Of a DNA stretch of 64,000 nucleotides, positions 18,201-26,499 are shown one piece after another. The stretch comes from a bacterium (lineage in GTDB: Bacteria > Fidelibacterota > Marinisomatia > Marinisomatales > JAHJCW01). The stretch lies in NCBI GenBank assembly GCA_028282845.1, contig JANQGY010000018.1, positions 101,252 through 165,251 of the forward strand, given 5' to 3'. The translations under genes and the position numbers were made by a program. The notes below the pieces were generated by a model. That model saw only the letters and a program-made list of their open reading frames with translations. It was not told the origin of the DNA and ran no database searches. How positions within the stretch are numbered: the first letter of the stretch is position 1; the number at the start of each line of letters is the position of its first letter.

Positions 18201-19290
18201 AAGATATATTTTCTTCCAAAAAGTTATCATTGATTTATTAAATCGAGGATTGTTTGAAGCTGAATTGATTCATTGCAATGATCATCATACCGCGTTGATC
18301 CCCTGGATGATCGCTAATCGAAACTGGCAGATACCAACTTTGCTGACCATCCATAATGCCGAGTATCAGGGTTGGTTCAATAATGATGAAGCTCTTTTCC
18401 TTGATGAGATTGATTATAATAAACGGGATAAACGGCGCAAAAAATTTAATGCTTTAGAGATTGGAATTAAACACAGTACGGCAGTCAATACGGTAAGTCC
18501 CAGTTATGCCAAAGAATTGTTAAAATCCGAAAAATCATCATTTGGATTGAAAAAAGTCTTTATCGCAAATAAAGCTAAATTCAGCGGAATAATAAATGGT
18601 GCTGACTACAATGTGTGGGATCCTGAAACCGATAGTTTACTAAAGTATCATTTCTCAAAATCAGATTTATCGGGAAAGCAAAAGAATAAACGCGAATTAT
18701 TAAAAAAATGCGGATGGAAATATTCAACTAAGCCATTGATAGGTATGGTATCAAGATTAGTTACTTCCAAAGGATTTACTCTCCTAAATAGAGCTATTAA
18801 CGGCATTTTAGAAACAGAAGCCAAATTAGTTGTATTAGGAACAGGCAACACAAAGATCGTCAATGCTTTAAAAAGATTAGCTAAAAGACATCCTGATCGG
18901 ATCAGTTTCTACAATTATTTTGATGAAGAGGTAGCGCATTTGATCGAAGCCGGCTCGGATATATTTTTAATGCCTTCCCGTTTTGAGCCTTGCGGATTAA
19001 ATCAGATTTATTCACTGCGTTACGGAACAATTCCGATTGTTTACAAAACCGGCGGATTAGCCGATACGATACAAGATTGGGACGGCGTCAATGGGAATGG
19101 ATTTTTCTTCACCAAATACACAGCATTTGAGTTGATCAAGGTAATAAGCAAGGCTATTAGATTGTATTCCGATAAAAAGATTTGGAAACAGATCATTAAA
19201 AATGCGATGGACAGCAATTATTCGTGGTCAAATTCTGCTCAAAAATATCTTAACTTATACGATAAGATTTTAAAAGGAAATCAGCAATGA
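15241..19290 (+). CDS. glgA: Fusion protein: N-terminal GH13-like (GlgE-like motif pattern) alpha-glucan transferase/hydrolase domain + C-terminal GT5 glycogen synthase (GlgA)
   Basis: A single uninterrupted 1349-codon frame. N-terminal part: region I SDMVPNHTG (Asp395, nt 16423) followed by WVIEHPDWF; region II IIRFDAAMTL (Asp515, nt 16783); region III LLLAEAFW (Glu580, nt 16978); region IV FLNNPDEE (Asp641, nt 17161; His replaced by Pro). C-terminal part from ~aa 878 (nt 17872): VLFISAEVSPFSKAGGLADV (the KxGGL motif of GlgA, Lys890), then ...PSRFEPCGLNQIYSLRYGTIPIV. The symbol applies only to the C-terminal domain. Confidence 0.75.
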   Translation: MTIENSETNYAIRHFHISRKIREKYDLKESLFKLSGATVLLDFKSVRELTDKLNEETEEPLFASDLNALGLIHECLHYIISVYLEKVKSDALNNLVKTLDSALQQSEFENTLTEFIAEFPPNSVFNKEETIQQYINGETEGVSNRELILEELLLLWLENQNPAFKPFSILFDDTQLLKNSKYAAVIEQSKNYFVDLPFFGPDNQDLISMLRMPAIVAPDSLQKQLEYIRDKWGYLLGDLLKNILQALDFISEEKKQRGFGPGEIAVPEYDGEEDYERFSHDREWMPKVVMIAKNAYVWMDQLSKQYQCNIDTLDKIPDEELDRLAGYGFTALWLIGLWERSKASKRIKQLRGNPEAEASAYSLMNYEIAADLGGWEALHNLRRRSWQRGIRLASDMVPNHTGIDSNWVIEHPDWFLALDHSPYPSYSFNGENLSQDDRVGIYIEDKYFSQSDAAVVFKRIDFWTGNEKFIYHGNDGTAMPWNDTAQLNYLNPKVREAVIQTILHVARSFPIIRFDAAMTLAKKHLQRLWFPEPGSGSDIPSRAEFGMTKKEFDKLIPTEFWRTVVDRIAEEVPDTLLLAEAFWMMESYFVRTLGMHRVYNSAFMNMLKMERNADYRATIKKTLEFDSEILKRFVNFLNNPDEETAVKQFGKSDKYFGITLMMVTMPGLPMFGHGQIEGWEEKYGMEYRKSYWDEEIDWDFVERHKWDIFPLIHKRYIFSGVTNFYLYDFFTDDGKVNENVFAYSNQQGDERALIIYNNSFQRTAGWVKTSTAIRNKATGKLYQKNIGVGLGLTNTANNYLIFREHKSNLEFIRKVSEIFEKGIYSELNGYQYQVFLDIRQVQDNEFGHYNKLCGRLGGRGVASIAEELNLFKKQEHDVLFISAEVSPFSKAGGLADVARSLPIEIAKSERKTAIISPFYRSVGEYENVKDFNLSGSIFLDGEEFHYELQHAKHESGTDLFFVKNDYFFNRKGVYTDAKGEGYSDNNKRYIFFQKVIIDLLNRGLFEAELIHCNDHHTALIPWMIANRNWQIPTLLTIHNAEYQGWFNNDEALFLDEIDYNKRDKRRKKFNALEIGIKHSTAVNTVSPSYAKELLKSEKSSFGLKKVFIANKAKFSGIINGADYNVWDPETDSLLKYHFSKSDLSGKQKNKRELLKKCGWKYSTKPLIGMVSRLVTSKGFTLLNRAINGILETEAKLVVLGTGNTKIVNALKRLAKRHPDRISFYNYFDEEVAHLIEAGSDIFLMPSRFEPCGLNQIYSLRYGTIPIVYKTGGLADTIQDWDGVNGNGFFFTKYTAFELIKVISKAIRLYSDKKIWKQIIKNAMDSNYSWSNSAQKYLNLYDKILKGNQQ

Positions 19291-20531
19291 ATGTCACCAG
19301 AAATCTATCAGCGATAATTATGGGAGGTGGAAAAGGTGAACGACTATGGCCCCTGACACAGTATCGCGCTAAACCTGCTGTGTCAATAGGTGGTAAATAT
19401 CGTTTAATTGATATACCTCTAAGTAATTGTATCCATTCCGGTATAAAAAATATCTATATTTTGACTCAGGTAAACACAGCCTCTTTGCATCGGCACGTTT
19501 TCCAAACCTACAATTTTGATATGTTCACAGCCGGTAATATTGAAATTTTGGCAGCTCAGCAAACATTGGAAAAATCCGATTGGTTTCAGGGAACAGCCGA
19601 CGCTGTCAGATCTTACTGGCACCGTTTCAGTAAGATGCCGGCTCAAGATTTTTTGATTTTAGCCGGTGATCATTTGTATAATATGGATTATAAAAAATTC
19701 TATGAATTTCACTTGAAAAATGATGCCGATCTTACACTGGCAACTATTCCTGTCCCTATTAAGGAGGCTTATCGCTATGGCATCATGGTAGCGGACGGCT
19801 CAGACAGAATTACAAACTTTATTGAAAAGCCGAGTAGTACTGAAATAAAACCATATATCAAGAAGTCTGAACTGGGAGAATATGTTTTGGCATCAATGGG
19901 GATCTATATTTTCAGCAAAAATATATTGAGTGAAGCGTTGAAATTCGATGGAAATGATTTTGGGAAGAATATAATTCCGGGGACAATGAAAAATTTCAAT
20001 ACCTATACTTATAAATTCGATGGCACTTGGGAGGATATTGGCACCATAGACTCCTATTACGAAGCGAATATTGCCTTAACAGATCATGTACCGGAATTCA
20101 ATTTTTACGATACTCATCATCGGTTGTTCACACATCCGCGCTTCCTTGCCGGCAGCAAAATTGAAGGTGCCAATATTACGCTTTCAATAATCAATGAAGG
20201 GAGTCGCATCGGTAACGCAAAAATAAATCGCTCTATTGTCGGTATCAGAAGTATTATTGGTAACGGGGTTGAATTGGATCACGTTGTCCATAACGGTGCC
20301 GATTTTTATACCAACGACGGGTCAGGTTCTCAAGCACCCGGAGGAATCGGTAAAAATACGATAATTAAAAAAGCCATCATTGATAAAAACGTAACGATTG
20401 GGAAAAATGTTCGGCTGGTCAATGATAAAAATGTTGATAAGGCTGATTGTGATTATTGCTTCATAAGAAACAGCATTATTGTTGTACCGACTAGAACACA
20501 AATTCCGGATGGTTACAAAATAAAATATTAG
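19287..20531 (+). CDS. glgC: Glucose-1-phosphate adenylyltransferase
   Basis: 414 aa. Motif seen: IIMGGGKGERLWPLTQYRAKPAVSIGGKYRLIDIPLSNCIHSGIKNIYILTQ. A C-terminal left-handed beta-helix-like repeat region follows. The ATG overlaps the stop of the fusion gene (ATGA at 19287-19290). Confidence 0.9.
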   Translation: MNVTRNLSAIIMGGGKGERLWPLTQYRAKPAVSIGGKYRLIDIPLSNCIHSGIKNIYILTQVNTASLHRHVFQTYNFDMFTAGNIEILAAQQTLEKSDWFQGTADAVRSYWHRFSKMPAQDFLILAGDHLYNMDYKKFYEFHLKNDADLTLATIPVPIKEAYRYGIMVADGSDRITNFIEKPSSTEIKPYIKKSELGEYVLASMGIYIFSKNILSEALKFDGNDFGKNIIPGTMKNFNTYTYKFDGTWEDIGTIDSYYEANIALTDHVPEFNFYDTHHRLFTHPRFLAGSKIEGANITLSIINEGSRIGNAKINRSIVGIRSIIGNGVELDHVVHNGADFYTNDGSGSQAPGGIGKNTIIKKAIIDKNVTIGKNVRLVNDKNVDKADCDYCFIRNSIIVVPTRTQIPDGYKIKY

Positions 20532-20598
20532 CCGCAAATATAGCGGAGCATGCAAAATTTTGATAAACGTCTTTACGGTTAAGCAAAAGGAGTAAATC

Positions 20599-22401
20599 AT
20601 GCATGGAGTTGACTATGCCATAGTTACAGTTTATTTAACCACTATTGTGCTGATCGGGTTGTATTTGCAGCGTAAAGCGGCGCGTGGGATTGAGTCATAC
20701 TTTTTAGGGAATAGAAATATGCCTTGGTGGGCGTTAGCTTCGTCCGGCATGTCATCCAATTTGGACATCAGCGGTACAATGATCATTGCGGCATTGATCT
20801 ATGCTTTGGGTGTAAAAGGTTTCTATATTGAGATTCGTGGCGGTGTAACTCTAATAATGGCTTTTTTGATGATCTATATGGGAAAATGGAATCGCCGCTC
20901 GGGAGCGATGACCCTTGCCGAATGGATGGAGCTGCGATTCGGTAAAGGCACTCAAGGTCAGGTTGCGCGTTTGATTGCTGCAATTGCTTCCATTGTAATG
21001 ACGATTGCCATGGTTACTTACTTTGCGCTCGGTGGTGGAAAATTCCTAGATTCTTTTCTCGGTTTGCAGAATTATTTTGGATTACCTTCGGAGTTTTGGG
21101 CCGCAGCAATTCTTATCGCTGTAGCGATGATATATACCGTGGCTTCCGGTTTATACGGTGTGGTATGGACAGATGTGTTTCAAGGATTTTTAATATTCGG
21201 TGCTATACTTTATATGGCTTCCAAAGCTTTTGCCATAACGCTGCCGGAGGAGTTTAGCATTTCACTGCCGCTATTTGACGGTGGCTTTGAACGTTATACC
21301 ACAACTCTAAAAGAATGGACAAGCGTGTTGCCTTCCACTAAGTTGGATATTGATGCCTTATCACAATATTCAATTTATAATCTATTTGGAATAGCTGTGA
21401 TGTTCTACATCTTAAAGGTAGTTTTGGAAGGTGCCGGCGGAACCGGTAATTACATGTTGCAGCGTTATTTCGCTGCCAAGAACGATCGGGAAGCGGGCTT
21501 GTTAAGTGCTTTTTGGGTATTTTTATTGTCTTTCCGTTGGATTTTCATCGGAGCGATTGCCGTTATTGGTGTATCGCTTGGAACCAAAGTGAGCGACCCT
21601 GAACTTGTTTTGCCGGCAGTTGTGGAAACATTACCGATTGGCATCAAAGGCTTTTTAGTTGCCGGCTTGATGGCGGCAGGGATGTCAACTTTTGATTCTA
21701 CCGTAAATGCCGGGGCGGCCTATTGGGTCAAGGATATTTATCAACTATATATCAATCCCAAAGCATCGCCGAAGAGATTGATGTTGCATAGTTATATGGC
21801 TTCGATCTTGATAGTTATAATTGGACTTGGACTCATGTTAGTATTTAAAAATATCAATGCCGTATGGGGATGGATCACGATGAGCATAGGTTCCGGAATG
21901 CTGATCCCGATGTTATTAAGATGGTATTGGTCGCGCATGAACGGTTGGGGCTTTGCTATAGGAATTTTCTCAGGGATGATAGCTGCAATTATTTTTAAAG
22001 CATTGGCTCCGGAAGGTACAACTGAATATGCCATGTTTGCTGTTGCGACCTTATCGAGTTTAGCGGGAACTATATTAGGCACCATTTTTACAAGTCCGGT
22101 TGATGACAAAACACTTACCGTATTTTATAATAAAACAAGACCATTCGGAACCTGGAGCAAATTCAAGAATCAATTATCCCAAAAAGACGCTATGGCAATT
22201 GACAGTGAAAATAAACGCGATATTTTCTCAACATTTGTAGCCGTGCCGTGGCAGGTAATTTTCTTCCTGTTTATGATAAGTGTGATGTTTAAAAATTGGC
22301 TGAGCGTTATTGTATTGGGAATATTATTAATAATTTTGACGACAATCCTTTATTTCAGTTGGTTCAAACACCTTTCAACCGAAGTTAAAGTCAAGGAATA
22401 A
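20599..22401 (+). CDS. Sodium:solute symporter (SSF) family transporter
   Basis: 600 aa and polytopic (about 13-14 hydrophobic segments). SSF-like N-terminus DYAIVTVYLTTIVLIGLYLQRK. A Shine-Dalgarno AAGGAG sits 8 nt upstream of the start. The gene is embedded between glgC and a secreted GH13 gene. Confidence 0.75.
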   Translation: MHGVDYAIVTVYLTTIVLIGLYLQRKAARGIESYFLGNRNMPWWALASSGMSSNLDISGTMIIAALIYALGVKGFYIEIRGGVTLIMAFLMIYMGKWNRRSGAMTLAEWMELRFGKGTQGQVARLIAAIASIVMTIAMVTYFALGGGKFLDSFLGLQNYFGLPSEFWAAAILIAVAMIYTVASGLYGVVWTDVFQGFLIFGAILYMASKAFAITLPEEFSISLPLFDGGFERYTTTLKEWTSVLPSTKLDIDALSQYSIYNLFGIAVMFYILKVVLEGAGGTGNYMLQRYFAAKNDREAGLLSAFWVFLLSFRWIFIGAIAVIGVSLGTKVSDPELVLPAVVETLPIGIKGFLVAGLMAAGMSTFDSTVNAGAAYWVKDIYQLYINPKASPKRLMLHSYMASILIVIIGLGLMLVFKNINAVWGWITMSIGSGMLIPMLLRWYWSRMNGWGFAIGIFSGMIAAIIFKALAPEGTTEYAMFAVATLSSLAGTILGTIFTSPVDDKTLTVFYNKTRPFGTWSKFKNQLSQKDAMAIDSENKRDIFSTFVAVPWQVIFFLFMISVMFKNWLSVIVLGILLIILTTILYFSWFKHLSTEVKVKE

Positions 22402-22410
22402 AGGACGAAT

Positions 22411-25206
22411 ATGCGCATTTGCGCTGTAGTATTATTAAATATTTTAGGGCTTCTTTCAGCTTATGATGGAATTGATTGGGAACCACAATATCCTGTAAAT
22501 GGTGGAAAGGTAGTTATTTATTACGATTTAAATACTAGAAATATCCTTCCACCTGAGACTAATCCTGTTTATCTACATTTAGGTTTTGATAATTGGAATA
22601 ATACTGCCGATTATACAATGTCAAAAAATGATTCCGATATTTGGGAATATGAACTTGATATACCTGAAAATATATTAGTTATTGACTTCGCATTTACTAA
22701 TAATATTGATGATTACGAGGAGGGAGAATGGGATAATAATGGTGGAATTGGAATAGATTTTCATATTGATGTCTATGCTGAAGGATTATCCATTGTTGTA
22801 CTATCGCCTGAAGTTGACAATCCATATAATAATATTTACAGAACTCCCGAAATAATTGCCCATGACGCAGTATTGCCAATTAGATTTACAACTGTTACAA
22901 CCGGTGCGCCATTTGATTCGTTATATTTAAATATAAATGGATCAGGGATATTCTCAACACATTTGGATACACTGAACTATTATTTTTCTCCGACTAATTG
23001 GGCGACCGATCGTTTTGAGATTGACTGCATTGGTAAAGATGTTAATGGAATAAAAGATACTACTACGTTTGCAATAATTGTCCAACCGGACCAAAGTAAT
23101 GAAAAACCTCCTGCTGAAATTACACCCGGAGTGGACAGATTTGGAGATAAAGGAATTTCATTCATGTTATTTGCTCCTGAAAAGGAACATGTTTATTTGA
23201 TCGGTGATATTAATAATTGGGAAGTAAATAATGATTATTTGCTGAATCAATATGAAGTTTCGGCTGACAGTATTTTATGGTGGCTCAGTATTCCCAACAA
23301 CTTTAGTAATTTGAAATTTCAATATTTGGTTGACGGCGAAATACGAATTGCCGATCCTTTCTCTGAATTGGTTCTTGATCCTTGGAATGACTCCCATATT
23401 ACCTCAAGTACATATCCAAATCTGCCTGAATATCCCGCAGGTAAAACAAGTTATCCCGTGTCTTATCTTGATTTGGAATTAGAGCTGTACAATTGGCAAA
23501 ATACTGATTATTCTGTGCCTGAAACAGAAGAATTGGTGATATATGAGATGCTAATACGTGATTTCATCGAAAACCGCGATTACAAAACATTGATTGATAC
23601 ATTGGATTATCTTGAAAATTTGGGAATAAATGCAATTGAGTTTATGCCGATCAATGAATTTGAAGGCAATTCAAGTTGGGGTTATAATCCATCCTTCTAT
23701 TTTGCACTCGACAAATATTATGGGCCACAAAATGATTTAAAAGCATTTATTGATGAATGTCATCGCCGCGGAATTGCGGTAATTCAGGATATTGTCCTAA
23801 ACCATTCTTATGGTCAATCACCGTTGGTTAGATTATACTGGGATGAGGTTGACAATCGCCCTGCGGCTAATAATCCGTGGTACAATACAAAGTCGCCTAA
23901 TCCGGTTTTCTCGTGGGGATATGACTTCAACCATGAAAGCGAGCACACGCGTTATTTCTCAGATCGCGTCTTGCGCTATTGGATCGAAGAATACAAGATT
24001 GATGGATTTCGTTTAGATTTCACTAAAGGAATGACAAATCGCGGCGGGGATGGCTCGGCTTATGATGCATCGCGCATTGCGATATTGAAGCGCATCGCAA
24101 ACGAAGTTTGGAGTTATGCTCCATCCACTTATTTAATATTGGAACATTTTGCCGATAATATTGAAGAAAAGGAATTGGCAAACTACAAGCAGGGATTCCT
24201 TCTTTGGGGCAAAGCTACTAATGAGTATAATCAAGCTTCAATGGGTTATTCTAGTGGATCTGATTTTTCTAATGGATTTTATACAAAGCGTGGTTGGTCA
24301 AAACCTCACTTAGTTACTTATATGGAAAGTCATGATGAAGAACGGATGATGTTTAAGAACCTGCAATTTGGCAATTTCTCCGGTAATTATAATGTTAAAG
24401 ATTTTGATACTGCTATAGATCGACAAAAACTCGCCGCAGTTTTTTTCTTTACGCTTCCGGGCCCAAAAATGATTTGGCAGTTCGGTGAATTGGGTTATGA
24501 CTATTCTATAAATTATCCCTCCAATACAGATGGGGATAGACTTACACCAAAACCTATTCGTTGGGATTATTTTGCCGAGCCAAAACGTAGAGAGCTATAC
24601 GACCTGTATTCACAGTTGATCAATATGCGATTGGATAATGATGTATTTACAAGTCCCTACACAAGTGTAGATATGTCATTAAATAATTCAAATGGACTGA
24701 AGAGGATAAGACTATCGGGCTCTACTAATGTAATTGTTATCGGCAATTTTGGAGTAATAACACAGTCAATTGATCCGCATTTTTTCTATAGCGGTAAATG
24801 GTATTATAATTTTAATGCGGATTCGGTTGATATTATTGACACAAATGCACTAATTGAGCTTGAACCGGGAGAATTCCGAATATACACAAGCAAGTATTTA
24901 TTTCTTGATACAGAAGATTATAATGATTTAGGTGCGGCTCCATCGACATTCTCATTGTCGCAGAATTTTCCTAATCCGTTCAATCCAGTAACAACTATTG
25001 AGTATAGCTTGCCAAGTGAAAGTCCCGTTCAATTGACAATATATAATATTAATGGACAAGCAGTTGAGCACTTAGTTGATGATATTTTACCGGCGGGTAT
25101 TCACAACATTAATTGGAATGCTAGTCAGCTGACGAGCGGAATTTATTTCTATAGACTTACAACTGAGGAATTTGCCGAAACCAAAAAAATGTTGTTGATT
25201 AAATGA
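22411..25206 (+). CDS. Secreted multidomain GH13 alpha-glucan hydrolase (pullulanase/branching-enzyme-like core) with T9SS type-A C-terminal sorting domain
   Basis: 931 aa with a signal peptide. GH13 core: LVIYEMLIRDF, LDYLENLGINAIEFMPINEF, SWGYNPSFYFALDKYYG, AVIQDIVLNHS, DGFRLDFTKG, LILEHF and YMESHDEER. The T9SS CTD at nt 24949-25203 reads FSLSQNFPNPFNPVTTIEYSLPSESPVQLTIYNINGQAVEHL...SGIYFYRLTTEEFAETKKMLLIK. Confidence 0.85.
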   Translation: MRICAVVLLNILGLLSAYDGIDWEPQYPVNGGKVVIYYDLNTRNILPPETNPVYLHLGFDNWNNTADYTMSKNDSDIWEYELDIPENILVIDFAFTNNIDDYEEGEWDNNGGIGIDFHIDVYAEGLSIVVLSPEVDNPYNNIYRTPEIIAHDAVLPIRFTTVTTGAPFDSLYLNINGSGIFSTHLDTLNYYFSPTNWATDRFEIDCIGKDVNGIKDTTTFAIIVQPDQSNEKPPAEITPGVDRFGDKGISFMLFAPEKEHVYLIGDINNWEVNNDYLLNQYEVSADSILWWLSIPNNFSNLKFQYLVDGEIRIADPFSELVLDPWNDSHITSSTYPNLPEYPAGKTSYPVSYLDLELELYNWQNTDYSVPETEELVIYEMLIRDFIENRDYKTLIDTLDYLENLGINAIEFMPINEFEGNSSWGYNPSFYFALDKYYGPQNDLKAFIDECHRRGIAVIQDIVLNHSYGQSPLVRLYWDEVDNRPAANNPWYNTKSPNPVFSWGYDFNHESEHTRYFSDRVLRYWIEEYKIDGFRLDFTKGMTNRGGDGSAYDASRIAILKRIANEVWSYAPSTYLILEHFADNIEEKELANYKQGFLLWGKATNEYNQASMGYSSGSDFSNGFYTKRGWSKPHLVTYMESHDEERMMFKNLQFGNFSGNYNVKDFDTAIDRQKLAAVFFFTLPGPKMIWQFGELGYDYSINYPSNTDGDRLTPKPIRWDYFAEPKRRELYDLYSQLINMRLDNDVFTSPYTSVDMSLNNSNGLKRIRLSGSTNVIVIGNFGVITQSIDPHFFYSGKWYYNFNADSVDIIDTNALIELEPGEFRIYTSKYLFLDTEDYNDLGAAPSTFSLSQNFPNPFNPVTTIEYSLPSESPVQLTIYNINGQAVEHLVDDILPAGIHNINWNASQLTSGIYFYRLTTEEFAETKKMLLIK

Positions 25207-25243
25207 TAAATATTTATAATGGGAAGTATGGAGAAAAAATGTC

Positions 25244-25423
25244 TTAACAATTATAAGATTTATATCCTTTAATTATTTTCTCCTTGGCCTTTTTGCTCTT
25301 TTTTGTGGTATATAAACCCCTATCATCACTGTTAGGTTGTGTTGAATCATTAAATTCTTTTTCTAGTGCCCTAACCTCTTCAATTGAAGATACTGCGTTT
25401 TTTTGTTTATTTTTGATTCTCAT
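25244..25423 (-). CDS. Possible small Lys-rich ORF (59 aa), below the ORF-track cutoff
   Basis: ATG at 25421-25423, TAA at 25244-25246. Translation: MRIKNKQKNAVSSIEEVRALEKEFNDSTQPNSDDRGLYTTKKSKKAKEKIIKGYKSYNC. It overlaps the 3' end of the Ntn-hydrolase-like gene by 17 nt. I recognise no motif, and it could be a chance ORF in AT-rich DNA. Confidence 0.2.
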   Translation of the reverse strand: MRIKNKQKNAVSSIEEVRALEKEFNDSTQPNSDDRGLYTTKKSKKAKEKIIKGYKSYNC

Positions 25424-26432
25424 ATTTTTTTATGCCAAATCCTTTATGATTAAACTCTTCCCTCGAAATCCACTTGAAACCTTCAGATTTCCTTAATAAT
25501 GCAATATGAATATTTCCACCAACAGTTGGCAATCTATTACTAAACTGCTGGGATTTTATCATTATTTCGACTAAAAAATCAACAAAATCTATTGCTGCTT
25601 GTTCTGAAAAATCTGAAATATCTGCTGATATTCCGTCAATCCAGTCCAATTCATTTAAGCCTAATTTATCAAATAATTTTTCGTTTGGTTCTCCGATTTT
25701 TATATTCTTATAATCCTTTGTTTGTTCCCTAATTATGATATAGTAATTCCGGATTATTTGTTTCACTTTTTTAAGATAATTTAAATAATTATTGAAATCA
25801 AGTCCGTTAACAACTCTCTGGATAACATCGTATTGTCCTCCAAATACAATTTTGTGGTCACCCCTTTTTGCCTCAGCTTCTAGTTTATGAGAACCTTGAT
25901 TGTTGTAGTTTAGTCTATAAATTTCTGGAAAAGGATGTATCTTCGAATAACCTGAGATTAATATATCGATACTTGGTTTTACAGGTGCATTAACATATGA
26001 GTTGTTATATATTTTCGTTAAATATCCTTGAAATCTGTTTGCTATTCCATAAATAGTATATTGGCCCTTAAGATATTTATTAATGTTAGTATCTGCAAGA
26101 AATTCATCTATTATATTTTTAATTGACTTACCACCGATTACAGCAGCACCTGCAAACAAGAAACCTGCATTTGCCGGCTCAATTTCAAAAATTTTAGTAA
26201 CACTTGGTAATTGGTTATAGGGAACCTGTTCAAATATATCAATAAAATCTCCAAATGTTTTAAGGATTGTTGTGCCATTTTCATCTATTCTTAGTTTTAA
26301 ATCATCATCTTCATGGTCAATGAAACGTTTAAATATTTCAAAAGGATCAATCATTGGTTTTATTGATGTGGCCAGACTGTCACATCCCAAAACAAGGCAA
26401 TCTCTAGTTGCGTAACTAATTGTTGTAGTCAT
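25407..26432 (-). CDS. Divergent proteasome-beta/HslV-like Ntn hydrolase with two large insertions (orphan; no partner ATPase or alpha subunit nearby)
   Basis: 341 aa. The N-terminus MTTTISYATRDCLVLGCDS places Thr directly after the initiator Met, as in HslV. Asp is at mature position 17 (codon at 26379-26381). TKIFEIEPANAGFLFAGAAVIGG resembles the proteasome Lys33 segment (Lys codon at 26193-26195) but is displaced by a ~46-aa insert. IDILISGYSKIHPFPEIYRLNYNNQGS, KIVFGGQYDV and LPTVGGNIHIALLRKSEGFKWIS match later conserved beta-subunit blocks. My manual counts on three 60-nt lines give ~18-28 % G+C. Confidence 0.55.
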   Translation of the reverse strand: MTTTISYATRDCLVLGCDSLATSIKPMIDPFEIFKRFIDHEDDDLKLRIDENGTTILKTFGDFIDIFEQVPYNQLPSVTKIFEIEPANAGFLFAGAAVIGGKSIKNIIDEFLADTNINKYLKGQYTIYGIANRFQGYLTKIYNNSYVNAPVKPSIDILISGYSKIHPFPEIYRLNYNNQGSHKLEAEAKRGDHKIVFGGQYDVIQRVVNGLDFNNYLNYLKKVKQIIRNYYIIIREQTKDYKNIKIGEPNEKLFDKLGLNELDWIDGISADISDFSEQAAIDFVDFLVEIMIKSQQFSNRLPTVGGNIHIALLRKSEGFKWISREEFNHKGFGIKKYENQK

Positions 26433-26499
26433 TTATATGTGATAATATTGAAAATAGATACTATAATTTACAGAAAACTTTGTTTAAATGCATAGTATA

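Noticed and set aside
15943-18863. Six minus-strand ORFs inside the GH13::GlgA fusion gene (15943-16143, 16280-16522, 16704-16928, 16972-17352, 17784-17984, 18648-18863)
   Set aside because: All are antisense shadows. I also checked them as a possible sign that the fusion is two genes, but the plus frame is uninterrupted across the junction at ~17.8 kb.
25284-25496. Track ORF 25284-25496 (+), 70 aa
   Set aside because: It is antisense to the end of the Ntn-hydrolase-like gene and to the small minus-strand ORF. It is hydrophobic and low-complexity, with no start context. It is probably a chance ORF in AT-rich DNA.
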